From Azolla caroliniana (lineage: Eukaryota > Plantae > Polypodiophyta): 64,000 nucleotides of DNA. The stretch is taken from positions 20,584,001 through 20,648,000 of the forward strand of contig JBHGNT010000006.1 in the NCBI GenBank assembly GCA_043228905.1, in the 5' to 3' direction. Numbering within the stretch: position 1 is the first letter of the stretch; each line of letters starts with the position of its first letter. The notes under the pieces were generated by a model. The model saw nothing but the letters and a program-made list of their open reading frames with translations. It was not told the origin of the DNA and did no database searches. The translations under genes were made by a program, and so were the position numbers. Of the stretch, positions 13,471 to 26,329 are shown piece by piece.

Positions 13471-15190
13471 GTTTCCATATTCTATTACTTCTTCAGTATC
13501 TTTAGCTTGTCACTTTAGACTAACTTATTCTACTGCAAACTTTCCATAAATGGCCTCGTATGTGTCAAATCTGTACGATTCAGTTACCCTCACCAAAGCT
13601 GATCCTTCTAAATCATCTAAAAAAAAGAACAGGTATAGACCTTCATCTAAACCCTAAACCCTTCCGAGAGAAGGACAGGTTAAACTGATGCTGTTCAAAC
13701 AAGTATAGACCTTCATTGCATTGCTGTTGAAGAACATGTATTTCACGTACATGCAGAATAATTTCCACCTCATGAGTCATCTTCTTATAGAAATTCATGT
13801 GTTTTGGGAATTATGGATTATAAAAGAAAAGGTTTGTGATTCCTCTTTCAGGTTCAGATAAAATCTGATCTGCTATGTTCAAATAAAAACTGCTATTTTT
13901 TGTTTGACGGCTTGCTGCTTTGCGATACTAAATAAATCCATCGTACTAGTATGATATCATCATATAATGGTGATTCTTCAAATGGTGCAAACCCCAACTG
14001 GGTAGGTGGAAAGTAGCAAATTGCAACATATAACTCTATGTGACCCCCCTTGCCAATTTATATCCACATATGATGTGCATCTTCATGCTTATGCACTGCA
14101 CACACTCTACCATTGAGCTCCTCTTTGTACAAGACAACCACTCCACCAGAGCCTCTTGCGCTTCCTAGTATGTGTAGTTAAAGTTAAGGATAGAATACCA
14201 ACTCCATCTATAGCCCTGTACATCAGGGAGTGTATTGCCAGTGCACTGATGTGTTTCTATATACATAGCAAATTTTCTGTTTTTGAAGGTATATTAAAAA
14301 TGCATATCACTTGTCCTGAGAGACTCATTGCAATTGTATAGAGTTTCATAGGCCGTATATCTTCATGTGACTCTTGTCTTTGCAGTAATAACCATGTTTT
14401 CTCTATAGACAAAATCATTTTCCCTCTTTTCTTGTAGCAAGCACTTGTGCATGTTTCTATGTGGTGTGTGGCTTGAGCTGACTTAAGATGTTCCTCTAGA
14501 TATATTTGTTGCCCTTGAGGGCCCTTTTTTTAGATAGGAAATGTTTGTTCTTCTCCATATCCATATAGCAAATGATTAAAGCCTTGGGTCTAGATTCATC
14601 TCTTCACACCCTCCTTGTTGAAGCAATTGGAATATCCAATGCACTAATTTCAGTACCAAGATTCATGACATCTCCTTGTAGGCTTCCCTTTTCAGTCCAT
14701 CCAACACCTCATGCATGCAGTGCACAAGCTTTCGCTTTCCTTTGGTTGTTGCATTCATCATATCCAACTTATCTATGAGTGATCGACATCATATCTATCC
14801 AAGGTTCTTCTCTTTTATTTGTTTTTGAGCATTCTAACCTTGAGTTTCTGCATCTTTAGCTTACCCCAGCCCATGTGTGCAGTGTCTTCTCTACATTGAT
14901 TGCCTATTACAGTGGAGGTGCAGTTTCCACTGTCTCCCAACCTTTCTTTAGAGTTACTTTCATATCTTGAGAGTTGTCTTATGAGTCTTGCAATTTCATC
15001 TCTTAGAGCTTCTTGTATTTTTATTTTTCACGGCACGTATAATTGTTTCCTGTGTGTTGCATTTTCTCTATCAAGACATTTTCTATATCAAATCTCATTG
15101 TTTGTAATACATCATTTTTGCTTTGTTTGCCTACAATATCTCAGGAATGTTTACATCTCCCCTTTGAGCATTACTTGAGGTAGTTCCATC

Positions 15191-15340
15191 TAACAATTGG
15201 CAACGGTTTGGTTCAGTTTGGTTCGATTTGAGAGTGTCAAAACCGACCCGTTTAAAATTTTTGAAACTTGACCCGAACCGAACCGAACCAAGAAACCATT
15301 AAACCAAACCGTTAAAACTGTGGTTTTGTGGTTCAGTTTC
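15191..15340. mobile_element. Truncated hAT-type MITE (TAACAATCGGCAAC family)
   Basis: Starts taacaattggcaacggttt and parallels the first part of the 41433-41927 element. The other end is missing. Confidence 0.7.
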
Positions 15341-17045
15341 TCCAGCATTAAACCCTAAGTCTATGGGATTAATGCTGGAGAAAACCCTTACATAAACAAT
15401 GCCACACCAGCCGTTAATGCAAAGACAGTAACACAGCAGAGAATAACACAGAGATTAGGGCAGTGAATTAACGCAACAGAGATTAACACAAACATTAGGA
15501 TATAAATTAAAGCAACAAAAGCTAGCACAATAGAAAACATTAATGAAAAGCAACAAAAACAAGCTCAATAAGACATTTTAATGCAGTGCAAAGAAAACAC
15601 AGAGATTAGGTTAAAGGCATTCAGATGGATAGCCAGATACCTTGAGGATTAGCCAAATCATTCATTAATTAAATAAGATCTTATTTTTCATACTATGTCC
15701 GATTTTATGCTCACTACATACAGAAGGTGCAATAGAGTAGCACTCAATCTACAATCATCATAACAGCAGAAACAACTCAAATTCAAAGTCTCAATCTCGG
15801 CTGGATAAATCTCTCTCAGCAGCAGCAACAATAGAGGGTGGGTAGGTGGTTGCGTGCTCCTTTCAGGTATTGTTCTGTACATGGATAGATAGGCTGTCAG
15901 TCAGATTCCTCTCTGTTTAAAACTTCTCCCTATAAAGATGTAGCCACCCTCTCTCCTCTTTTGCCTCTTGTTTCTCTGGGAATCCAGACACAACCTCAGT
16001 GGGTCAACTCTAGAGCCCACATTCATATATTGTTGAGATACATAATTCTGAGAGAGGGACAATGATTGGCTGAATATAATGGTGCCTTGAAGATAATGAA
16101 GGCTGAGAGTATCCCAATGAGTTTTGCATATATCATGTAGTGCCTAGAGCAAGCTAAATGAACTGCTTAGTCAAGCAATATCCAGTATTTTATGTTTTTT
16201 CTTGATGACACCTCATTTTGAAGATAATAAAATATAGAAAGTTGCAACCTACTCTTCTTGAATCCCAATATGAAGCACAAATGTGTTGTGATCATGATCA
16301 TTGGATGAGCTATATTTAGAAGAGTTCATTTTCTGTCTTTCTAATTTTCCATTCTGTTGTGGATGACAAATGATGGTAGGCTGATTTTGAATCCAAAGCA
16401 GTCCTTCGGATTCTTTGAAGTATGTAGAGATATTTTCTCCACTTTTATCCCCAAATGTTTTTGGCTGTGTTGATCTATTAGTTATGTCAATGTTCTCCTT
16501 TCTTATTTATAAGCCAAAGTATAAAAAGGGGGTTTCTAATATCATGTTAGACACCACTGTAAATTATAATACGCAAGCAGTTTCCTAATAATTAGTCTTG
16601 GTCATGAGGCCTCTTTCATAACTAATATGGGGAGAGGGGACTCACTTGAAACACGCAGCTTAATTAGAATTCATGCGAGAAACTGAATTGGTAGCAAATG
16701 CAATATCAAGGACCTAGTGATCTTTCACATTAAATCGAAGATGTCTCTTCACACCTTGGTTACATGGCACTTATACATTGCAAAAATATGAAATAGAAAA
16801 GCATTAGGATCTAGCCTTTTACTGTAGTTTTGCTATTATTCCATGTACTAGAAGGGATGCTAAGTTATCCATCATGTTTCATTACTCCAGTGAACGTGTC
16901 TATATAGAATTACATTTACATCATGCTGCTCATATACAAATTTATTTAGCGTATTTATTTTAATGACGTACATGTATATTGAATCCATGTACCTGATCAA
17001 GTTTTTTTTCTATGTAGTCTAGAGCAACAAAATTTAAAGAGAACA

Positions 17046-18436
17046 ATGGGAACAAGCGAAGTATTGAAGAAATTTATAATCGCATCCCTTGCTATGTGGG
17101 GAATGCCATTGACAATATTGTATGTCTTTAATAACTACAATAAACCAGGTATTTTATGAAGTTGAAAGTCATATCATATTGTTGTTTCGCATAATAATTA
17201 GGAGTTGTAATGTGTTATCGATAATGCTGTTAATATCATCTGATCCAGTATAAAATTAATAACAAAAGATTATACCAATATAAAAGTTGTCCATTATCAT
17301 AGAAGAGAGGCAGAGAGGGTTATGATAGGATGATGCCGTATGATATCGATGTCCTCTGTAGTGACCCGCTTGGGGCTCATGCTTGAACAATGGCAATGAT
17401 ACTGCTGTATCCTCCAATGCAGGCTGTCTTCTATGTGGTAATCCACATATAACTGGGTGCATGGAATGTGCCAACTAAACTGTTCCATTAACAAATATCC
17501 TTCTACAGGGTGCTGGTTGTGCATGCTCTGAGGCCTCTTGGCACAGGCTTCTAAAGAAGTTTATCATCTCTATTTGTACCGATTCTTCTGGCCAACTACA
17601 CTCCAAGAAAGACTCTCTCAATCTACAGATTTCTATTAGAAATAGCCCAAACATATCCAGTCATAGAAGTCCATGATTCAGGAGAATTATCCAAATTCCT
17701 CCCTGAAGAAGCTGTGGAAGCATCCTTGGATCTTAGAGTAAACTATACAATGGCATAGGTAATGCTCGTCTGATAATGTGTTACCAGAGCCTCTACAACC
17801 ATCAGTGATGCATCCATCTCAGCCCTGATGATATAATGTGGCACAGATACTTTAGCCCGAATCATTGTGGATATCATGGATACAAGAAGTATCTTCATTG
17901 ATCTCCACAATCATTGTAGGTAAATGAATCTACATAATCTGAGTTCCTGTGCAGACATGATATCAGGCATGGACCTCATCTATTAAGATTTAGCATTAAA
18001 CACCATAACATTGACAATCATATATTTGCTTTTTGGGGAATTGTCCTTCATGGGCAGTACAGCACCATAACCTATGGAGGTTTTATTACCAATGTTGTTT
18101 TGGGTTTGCATGGGGTGTTATCTTTGGTTCGTTAAAAATGTATTTGTTTTGTGAGGTTTCCTAAACATACAATTAGCCATTTCAAAAGACGAAAAACAGA
18201 TTTACAAATTTGCAGGCAACTTAGCTATGTCTCAAAAATGGCACACATTGTTGAGTGGGCTCTTGGCTGTTCTGTCTGTAAACGTGGTGATTGCAGTTTA
18301 TATAGTCATGGCAATGAGGGAACCAAGATCAAAAGCAGAACCAGAACCTGATCCTGTGTTTGCATCAAGAGCTAGATCAAGTTTACAAGCACATCAAAAG
18401 AATACTTCCTCAGGAGATGATAAAAAGAGTGCATAA
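17046..18436 (+). CDS. VMA21: Vacuolar ATPase assembly integral membrane protein VMA21 homolog (107 aa)
   Basis: Exons 17046-17148 and 18216-18436 (GT-AG, phase 1) give MGTSEVLKKFIIASLAMWGMPLTILYVFNN...TLLSGLLAVLSVNVVIAVYIVMAMREP...DPVFA...KKSA. Two TM helices and a C-terminal KKxx ER-retrieval signal. Confidence 0.9.
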
Positions 18437-20298
18437 AAGACATTATTTGATTTGTAATAACAATTTGCATTATAATGTAGTGAAATCAATTTCCTCATTG
18501 TGTTTGTGCTGCCACAATGTTTGCTTAATTTCAGAAATGATGGAAAATGGGAAATATCTAAGGTGAAATAGGAAAATGGAAATATCTAAGATGCAATCAC
18601 TTAATTCTATAAATTTGTTTTCCTAATACTGGCTCTAGATTAATGTTTTCCATGTACAACCCAAAATATCTGTAATGTTCTTACGTGAGTGATAATCATC
18701 ACCACCAATCAGTTGTAAATAGAAAATTCAATGTAACAATTGAGACCAAGACCACAATAAATGAATTTGATACGAGGAAAAAGCTTGTGATTGAGCTCTC
18801 CCAGCAACAAATGCATGTCCCTATTTTTAATTGTAAGGATTGTATGTGGTTCAGGTTCGGTCTCAAGTTAACAAATTAGTAAATAAATATTGCAAAACAA
18901 GTACTGGAACCAGATGGTATGACATCCTCATTCACTAATCTGCCTTGATCAACATATCAACCCTTCAAAAGCCGTCATGGATATGTGGGTGCTGATTTGA
19001 ATAAATCCTGTAATTCCTTGGAAAGGAATAATAGTAAAAGATTGATTGGTCAGCTCCAGATTTCCCTTCCTGTCATGAAATAATCTCATCTTATAATGTT
19101 CAGACTCATTTTTAATAATACCTATCCTAGGCCCAAATCCTCAATAAAGATGGCAACTTATAAAAAATTGTTACAACGTGGTGACTAAATGTCATAGCAA
19201 ATTAGTGGAATTCAAAGAAGAGAGGCATATAATGCTCCTCTACTTCTCTTCAGAGGGGCAACAAGAATGTATATCAGTGAAAATTTTAAAATCCATTATG
19301 CATCTATAATAATGGAGATTGTTGCAAGGTATATTTTGCACATTTACCCCAAAATCTTACCCATACAAAGAAGGTAGCTAATGGTTATTTAAATCATTCC
19401 AAATTTATAACATAGAGATAACAGTTTGTTCATTGTAATCAGATGTCCATTGTGGCGTCGTCAACTTGTTCATATTCCAAGTTCAGGAGGATAATTCAAC
19501 TGTCATCAACATGCCTTAGCATTCTCAGTTAGTGGGGCATAGATGGATATACACATTGATCACAGAAAATCATATAAATCGACATGACCAAAGACTGCAA
19601 TCATGAGAAAATGTCAACAATAAGTTATGGATAAATAGTTGAACAATATTGCAACTACAAGAAAATGCACATTTACAAAAACAACCAGGCCAACACCAGA
19701 ATATTGAAAACAAGCCAAAATGAAGTATTAAGGAAGAATTTGCATGTGCAATTAAACAGATGAGCTCGAAGAATATTGAAAATGAGAAAACATCAAGCTA
19801 CTCTTGTAGTTTGTGCTGTTCTTGAATTATCTGCAGCATGATAGTGGATGATCAGTTACTTAAATTGCCACAGCACAAGAATTACTACACACTGAAAGGC
19901 ACGTTGAAGTCATAGATTACAAAACTTTAGGACACTCCTCAAATCTAAATTTGCAAGCAGAATGAACTGTGCATATTATAATAAGAGCAACTTATTCTTA
20001 GGTTGGTCAAGTTGGCATCTCTAATTTGTATATTATGCAGCTTGCAATGCAGACTATATCATGTTCTAAACTCATAGATCAAGCAGCTTGAAAAGTTGCA
20101 GAACATGAGATTTTAACATAAATACTTTCAAAGCAATCTTGTTCCTTTACACGTTCATACTCTAGGGACAAAAGACATTCAAAAAACAGTTACATACCCG
20201 TGCACCAGGAACCTGTTTACAATAATGACTTGTGGAGCTTTACACTGGGTCAGCTTTACAAAAAAGGGGGGATTTATGTTATCATGCAGCAGCCACCA

Positions 20299-23200
20299 TC
20301 ATATATAAAACATTGTGGATCGTATCCTTTCATGCAAGGGAGGGAGCTGACGCTGACTTGCTCCAGCTATTCGTGAATATGTACCTCTGCTGCTTGCACT
20401 TCCACCAGCTACACTTCCCCTCAGTGACCCACCTGAATCTGATCCCTCCGTTGTCAGCCATAGGCGTGCACGTGCAGCAGCCAAATGTGCATAATAACAA
20501 GGAGGAACTACCAATAACACAGCCATTATATCAAGAGTGCACATGAGATCAGGTTTTTTTCAAAAGAAAAAGAAAGAGTGTACACTTACCAACAGACACA
20601 GCTCTGGTACAACGCGCATACCTACACGACCAAGTCAATCAATCAATTAAGCTATCTTTATAGTACTATAGAAGTTCAGATCCAACCAAAAACGGCAATT
20701 TATCAACCAAACTTGCAAACTATATACCAGATAGATGGATAGGATTAGATAGACACAGAATACACTTACGTGAAGCATAAATCATGTGTGAGCCGTTGTA
20801 TTTCATCGACCCCAAAATTGTTTTCATCCTTCAACACTTGGTAATGAGCAGGTCGACTAGTGCCCTGCCAACATCAAACGGTTAATCAGATCCCTTTATT
20901 CATCTTGCCTTTGCAAAATATATCCCACATTCATACATACCTTAATCCCAGCGTGACTACATAAGTAGAAGTCAAAATTATGAGGATGGCAAATGGTAGA
21001 ATCAACAATGGTACCTAGTGTTTTCAGAATAAGAAATATATTTCACTTGTTTGTGTAGAAATATTAGTGCCATCCCTTCTCACAAAATTTATCTACTCAC
21101 CAGGGATAATGTTGCCATTTTTTGTCTGATGTTGTTGCGAAGGAAAAAAACGGGTGTGATGTCGTTTTTGAACAACAATGAATGTTATTTTTGGCAGCAT
21201 ACTTGTATGCTGTCGTTTCGGCTGTGCTCCTTCACTACTTCCATTGTGGAGTCGGCTGCCCCAACCCAATGCTTCACAAGCCTTGATCATAAAACAAGAA
21301 AACCTTAGGAGCAGCCAACATACTCGCAAACAGACAATATGCAAGGGACAATCCAAATACCTTCTTAACTGCCTCCATTTCATTGTTTAACACTGTCTCA
21401 AACTCTCCCTCACTAACACCGTCTCTGTATGCGGTGAATAGCAAAATAGAAACTAAGATGTTCAAATAACAATTAGAAAAAGAGGTAAAATCTTATTTCA
21501 AATTCATTAAAAATCATTGAGACCTGTAGAAGATAATCCTCTCCGGTCTCTTCCCTATCTTCTGTTCAAAGGAACTCAGCATATCTCTGATTTGTAAGAA
21601 AACAATTTCATATTACATATCATTGGCATATTTCACTCAAAACATTAAGTTACTAGCAATGAAACTTACTTGATAATCCCACCCGTCTGCTTCATTCCCA
21701 CATCATCTTCTTTTTCCCAAAAGAGTCCTTCACAAATTTCACCCCGCTGCTTGTCTTGTGTTTGAACAATGGCCTCATATTTAGAAAAATGTGGCCAGTC
21801 CATGCTGGCTGCAACCTGCCATTATATCATTCAAATTGAAAACAAGTTGGATAAAAAGACATGACAATGATGGATCAGCAGAAGAAATAACTCACTGCAC
21901 AGATGGAAGGGCCAATGTCATCACCAACTCGGGGGTGAGAAACATCTGCCCCGATGATGATTGAAGGGACATCAGATACCAACGGCAGCTTCCTTGCTCT
22001 CTCATCAACCAAAAGAGCATTGCATCCACCCAACTGCAATGCGATTTCGATTGGATGAATTAGCAGTACATCCAGAACCCATATCATTATATCAAAATAC
22101 CCAAATACACTTATCAAAGTATTTACATGATAAAGTTACCAGACAGAATTACAATTCCGGGTTTATACTAATCAATAGAATGGACAGAGGAATTCTTACC
22201 TTTGCATTGATCTTCAGTAGTAGGTTTGCTATATAATCTCTTTTTCCATTTCTAATATGATCAGATAGACAACATTGTGACACTAATCCCAGTTCAATCT
22301 CACAGAGCTGCTTAACAGTAGCTGCAAAAAATACAATATTCACAGGTCACAATCTGTCTCAACTACAAAATAAAAAATCGGAAGAATTTCACATCACCAT
22401 AAATGCTCTTGTTGTCATTCTGTGGCATAATGCAGATAATAAGATCAAGCTCCCCACGAGTCTCCTGGAGGCATTTCGCATGCTGACTGCGAATAATTCC
22501 TTCAACATCACCTCTCCTCATACTAACCCATGGCACAGCCATCCTTGGGTTCATTTTCTGTACAATGTTAATTCCATGGATAAAATATGAGTACTTTATT
22601 TCATGATATAGCTATATTCTTTGATGGAAGTTGCCAAAACGTTACCACGCCATAAGTATCGCAAGCATTGGCCAGCTGAGTACAAAACTGATCCACAGAT
22701 CTGTCTTGAAGATTATTGGAAAAGTTGACAAGTGTCCAACGACGGATTTCACATCCTCTCACCAGAACCTAGAACAAAAGCACAACAGGTTTACTGACAT
22801 GCTTGGGTAGTGCTGAAACTTATACAGAAATAAAAGAGAAAAGGGCATGCCTTGTCTTTCATGTTCCATGTACCCATGCCAGGCCTCACGTCTCCAGTGT
22901 GGTATGAAATCTATAGATTCATAACGAAGTCAGGAAGATTTGGCAACCAATAACATGAATATAACCATGTTGCATTGTCTGCACATTCATATATCACTCA
23001 CCGCTGGTGCAGGCAGTATACGAGCCGGAATCTCTGTAGCTAATCGGTTGATCATGACCCCAAATTCCTTTGCAATATTGCTACTTTCAATGACAAGACT
23101 CTTTTCTATCTGCACATCATGTTTGTGAGCCTTCAATTCTTCAATTTGCACATTTTCAATCAAGACAATGCAGAAATCCTTCTCTATGTCACAGAAATGA

Positions 23201-26096
23201 TCATTTCATCTGGTGTAGTAACTAACATCTAAGGATACAATAATGCAGTCATATGACTGTGTTTCCGTCAATCAACCATACATAGCCAAAAGCAAGCAAG
23301 AGACTGCACTCTTCAATGTTTCCCAGCAACTTGATACCTCAAGAGTTTAGAAGTTTTAATCCTATACCTAATAGCATTTAGCCTTCATCTAACCAACCAG
23401 ATATGAAAATGATGATCCCCACAAGCACAGCTTACAAACATGAATGTCTACTACAGTCAAGTTATCACTATTACCGTTGTTGTTTTATCCAGTCGTTCCT
23501 TTGGGGCAGTACAGGTCGTTCCAAGCAAACCCTTTCTCTGGCCTTCGTTCAATGATTTCGTATACAGCTGTCCAGAAACTAACTTGCATACCTACATCAC
23601 CACAAGCACATGGTCAGATGGTTCCAGAAAAATACAGTCTTTCCATATCCCACATAACAAGGACTACCTCCATTGGCAGATATACTTTCTTCTCTTTTGA
23701 GCCTGATTCGACAGCAGGAAGGCCTTGGTAATTAACTCTGTAGTTGTAAGTCTTCATGAAGTATTCAATTACTGAGACATTCTGTCCATCCATATCAAAA
23801 CTGACCAAGCAACGAAAACCAATCAGTGTAAGTATGCCACAATAAGAATTAAGATAAAACTTAACTGCAGGCAATAAAATCATTGACCAACCTTAAATAG
23901 CGCACAGGTTTATCTGTCAGTGTCTGTAATTTGTATTTGCGCTTTGTCTTAGGATTGTGAATGACTTCGACTCTAACTCCCTTCAACAGTCTCTTTGCCT
24001 ACATTCACAACACTGTGCTAGTTTAGTTTTTGATCACGCAAGGAAGTTCGGATCCATTACTGACCAAAAGTCTCTTCGGGCAATTTCTCAACCTTTGCCC
24101 TCAATGCATCCCCATTAGCATCATTCCGTGAGAATGCTTGATCTAGATCTCGTATATCCATCCTAAATGCATTTGCTAAGAGTTCAGGCACAGTTAATGG
24201 GGCCAAAAATGGGGCAGCTGCAATATCTGGTGCATACAGAAACAAGCAATAGTGAAAACTCCAGCCCTACAATGAAAAACATGTAGCCATAGAAAACCCA
24301 GTGAATTTATGAGATAAGAAAAAGAGATTCGCATGTGTTTGCACCTATGTTAAGTGTGAGGAGCCCATTTTGAGCTGGTCTGATGGATTGGTAGAATCCT
24401 CGCCACGCTACCACACCCCCACCAATCTCATTCTCTCCGAAATTCGGCCCATAAAAACTCCTGCCCTTTTGTACGAATCTGTCATGTAGGTAACAAGTTG
24501 TCAAACAAATTGCTTATGCCTGTGGTGAACAGTGAGGATGCATGGGATGAATTGGGGTTGAAGAGAGTGCATACACTTTTGCAGCAGCTTCACGAAGCAC
24601 AACATCCAATGCCTGAAGGCACTCGTGTGGTAGCACCCACTGCTTACCCTGAAGAAAGCTTGCAAGGTTGCTCATGTCCAATTTCGCAACCTCCCTAAGC
24701 GTCACTACGAAGCATTTATTGCGCCTGTGACAGCAGAAAATAGTTAGTTAGTTAGGGCTTCCTTTAAGTCGTGGAATCATAGATGAATGCAATTTAGGCA
24801 TCAAGTTTCAAAATGACACAACCATGTCCAATAAGAAAACATCATTTTGTTATGAAAATCACATCCCATTAGACCACGAGAAATGAAGCCTCGCTTATCA
24901 TGAGGACTATGGGACCTTGGAAACTAGCAACAAACTAATATAAAACTCCAGAAGTTGTCCAAGCTAGAACTCCTTCAGTATAATATACATTGAGGGATAC
25001 AACAGTCCAACAAGACGTGTCGAAACTACCACCATTGTTGACCCATGCCTGTAGAGAATATGATCCCACTGAACAACATATGGGCATGCTCAATCAATGC
25101 TTACCCAGCAAATAAACTTAAATGTGGATGTGGAGAACCAAGTACACTTAGTAAGCCTCACTCCTTGAGCAAAAGTGTAAAAGTAAAATTTGTATCTCAA
25201 TCCTGCAATGTAACACCAGCAGACAAAAGTATGCTTGAATGCAATCATTTACATACGCATGATTGTTTGTCATAGCTAACAGTATGTACATATTAATGCA
25301 TGTCACATGCATATACAGTTATGCGTGTATGGATTTCAACGCATCTATGATCTGACATTACCCCTGTATGAATGATGCATATAAATAAATATATATACAT
25401 ACATACATGAATGCATGTCCTATAAGATAGAATAGAATGATGAGTATATGGCATGCATGTCTTTTGCAGAGGAAAGAAGTAGGGATGGATCCTACCTGCG
25501 GGCAGGACCACCTTCGTCGAGTTGTACATCGACCATCTCAACGCTACTAGGGAGTTGCCTGGCAGTGTAGAGAGAGCGCTGGCCATCATAGGCAGGTATG
25601 GCATCCAGGAGCTTGTCGCGTCCATACATCTTCACAGCTTGCTCGATCACAGAACGGTGGAGGCCCCTGGGGGGCTCCGGCTCAATGCTTACCTAAAATT
25701 CGGTCACAAAAAAAGAAAAGAGAGAGAAGGTGAGGCGGCGCCAAACCTAAACAGAATGCAGAGAGCGCTTGATACAGAAATAACAATGTATATAGTTGCT
25801 ACATATAGGTGGAGATGAAGAGAGACAGACAGACAGACAGACAGAGAGAAGGAATTGCATACATCGTAGTGGTAGATTGTTCTTTCCTCGAACTTGAGGC
25901 GGAAGTGATTGGCGTAGACATTGGTCTTGTTTCCTGCTTTGCCGAAGCCCGGGCGGCGAGTGAGGAAGGTTCCACCTGCTCCAGTGGCAGAAGCAGAAGA
26001 AGGAAGACGAGGAGGAGGAGGAGGAGGAGGAGGAGGAGGAGGAGGAGGAAGAGGTAATCCGGCGGCGCCGCCTTCCTCCTGGCTCTGCTCAGCCAT
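20299..26096 (-). CDS. AGO: Argonaute protein (N-PAZ-MID-PIWI), 22 coding exons, about 926 aa, divergent
   Basis: Exons: 26096-25863, 25692-25496, 24724-24575, 24478-24345, 24226-24093, 23998-23892, 23800-23668, 23591-23475, 23109-23002, 22910-22851, 22768-22646, 22557-22398, 22321-22200, 22033-21896, 21815-21670, 21586-21524, 21424-21361, 21281-21101, 21014-20941, 20864-20770, 20621-20590, 20507-20299. Total 2781 nt with no internal stop. Motifs: [75 protein letters not shown]. Confidence 0.95.
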
Positions 26097-26329
26097 GGCC
26101 GCCAAAAACCTCTCTGCTCTCTGCTCTGCTCTCTGCTCTGTATGTCTGTCTCTGTCTGTCTTTGCGTTTTGTGTTTTGTGTTTTTGTGTTTTTTGTGTCT
26201 GCGCGCGCAGCAGAAGAGAAAGAAACAAAGAAGACAAGAGGAGGTAAAAAAAAAAAAGCAAAAAAAGACACAGACAAAAAAAAAAAAAAAAAAAAAAAAG
26301 CTTAGCTCTTAACCCATTCTTGCTTCCTA

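Noticed and set aside
18436-20299. Natural antisense overlap between convergent VMA21 and AGO
   Set aside because: Stop codons are about 1.9 kb apart and nothing in the sequence shows overlapping 3'UTRs.
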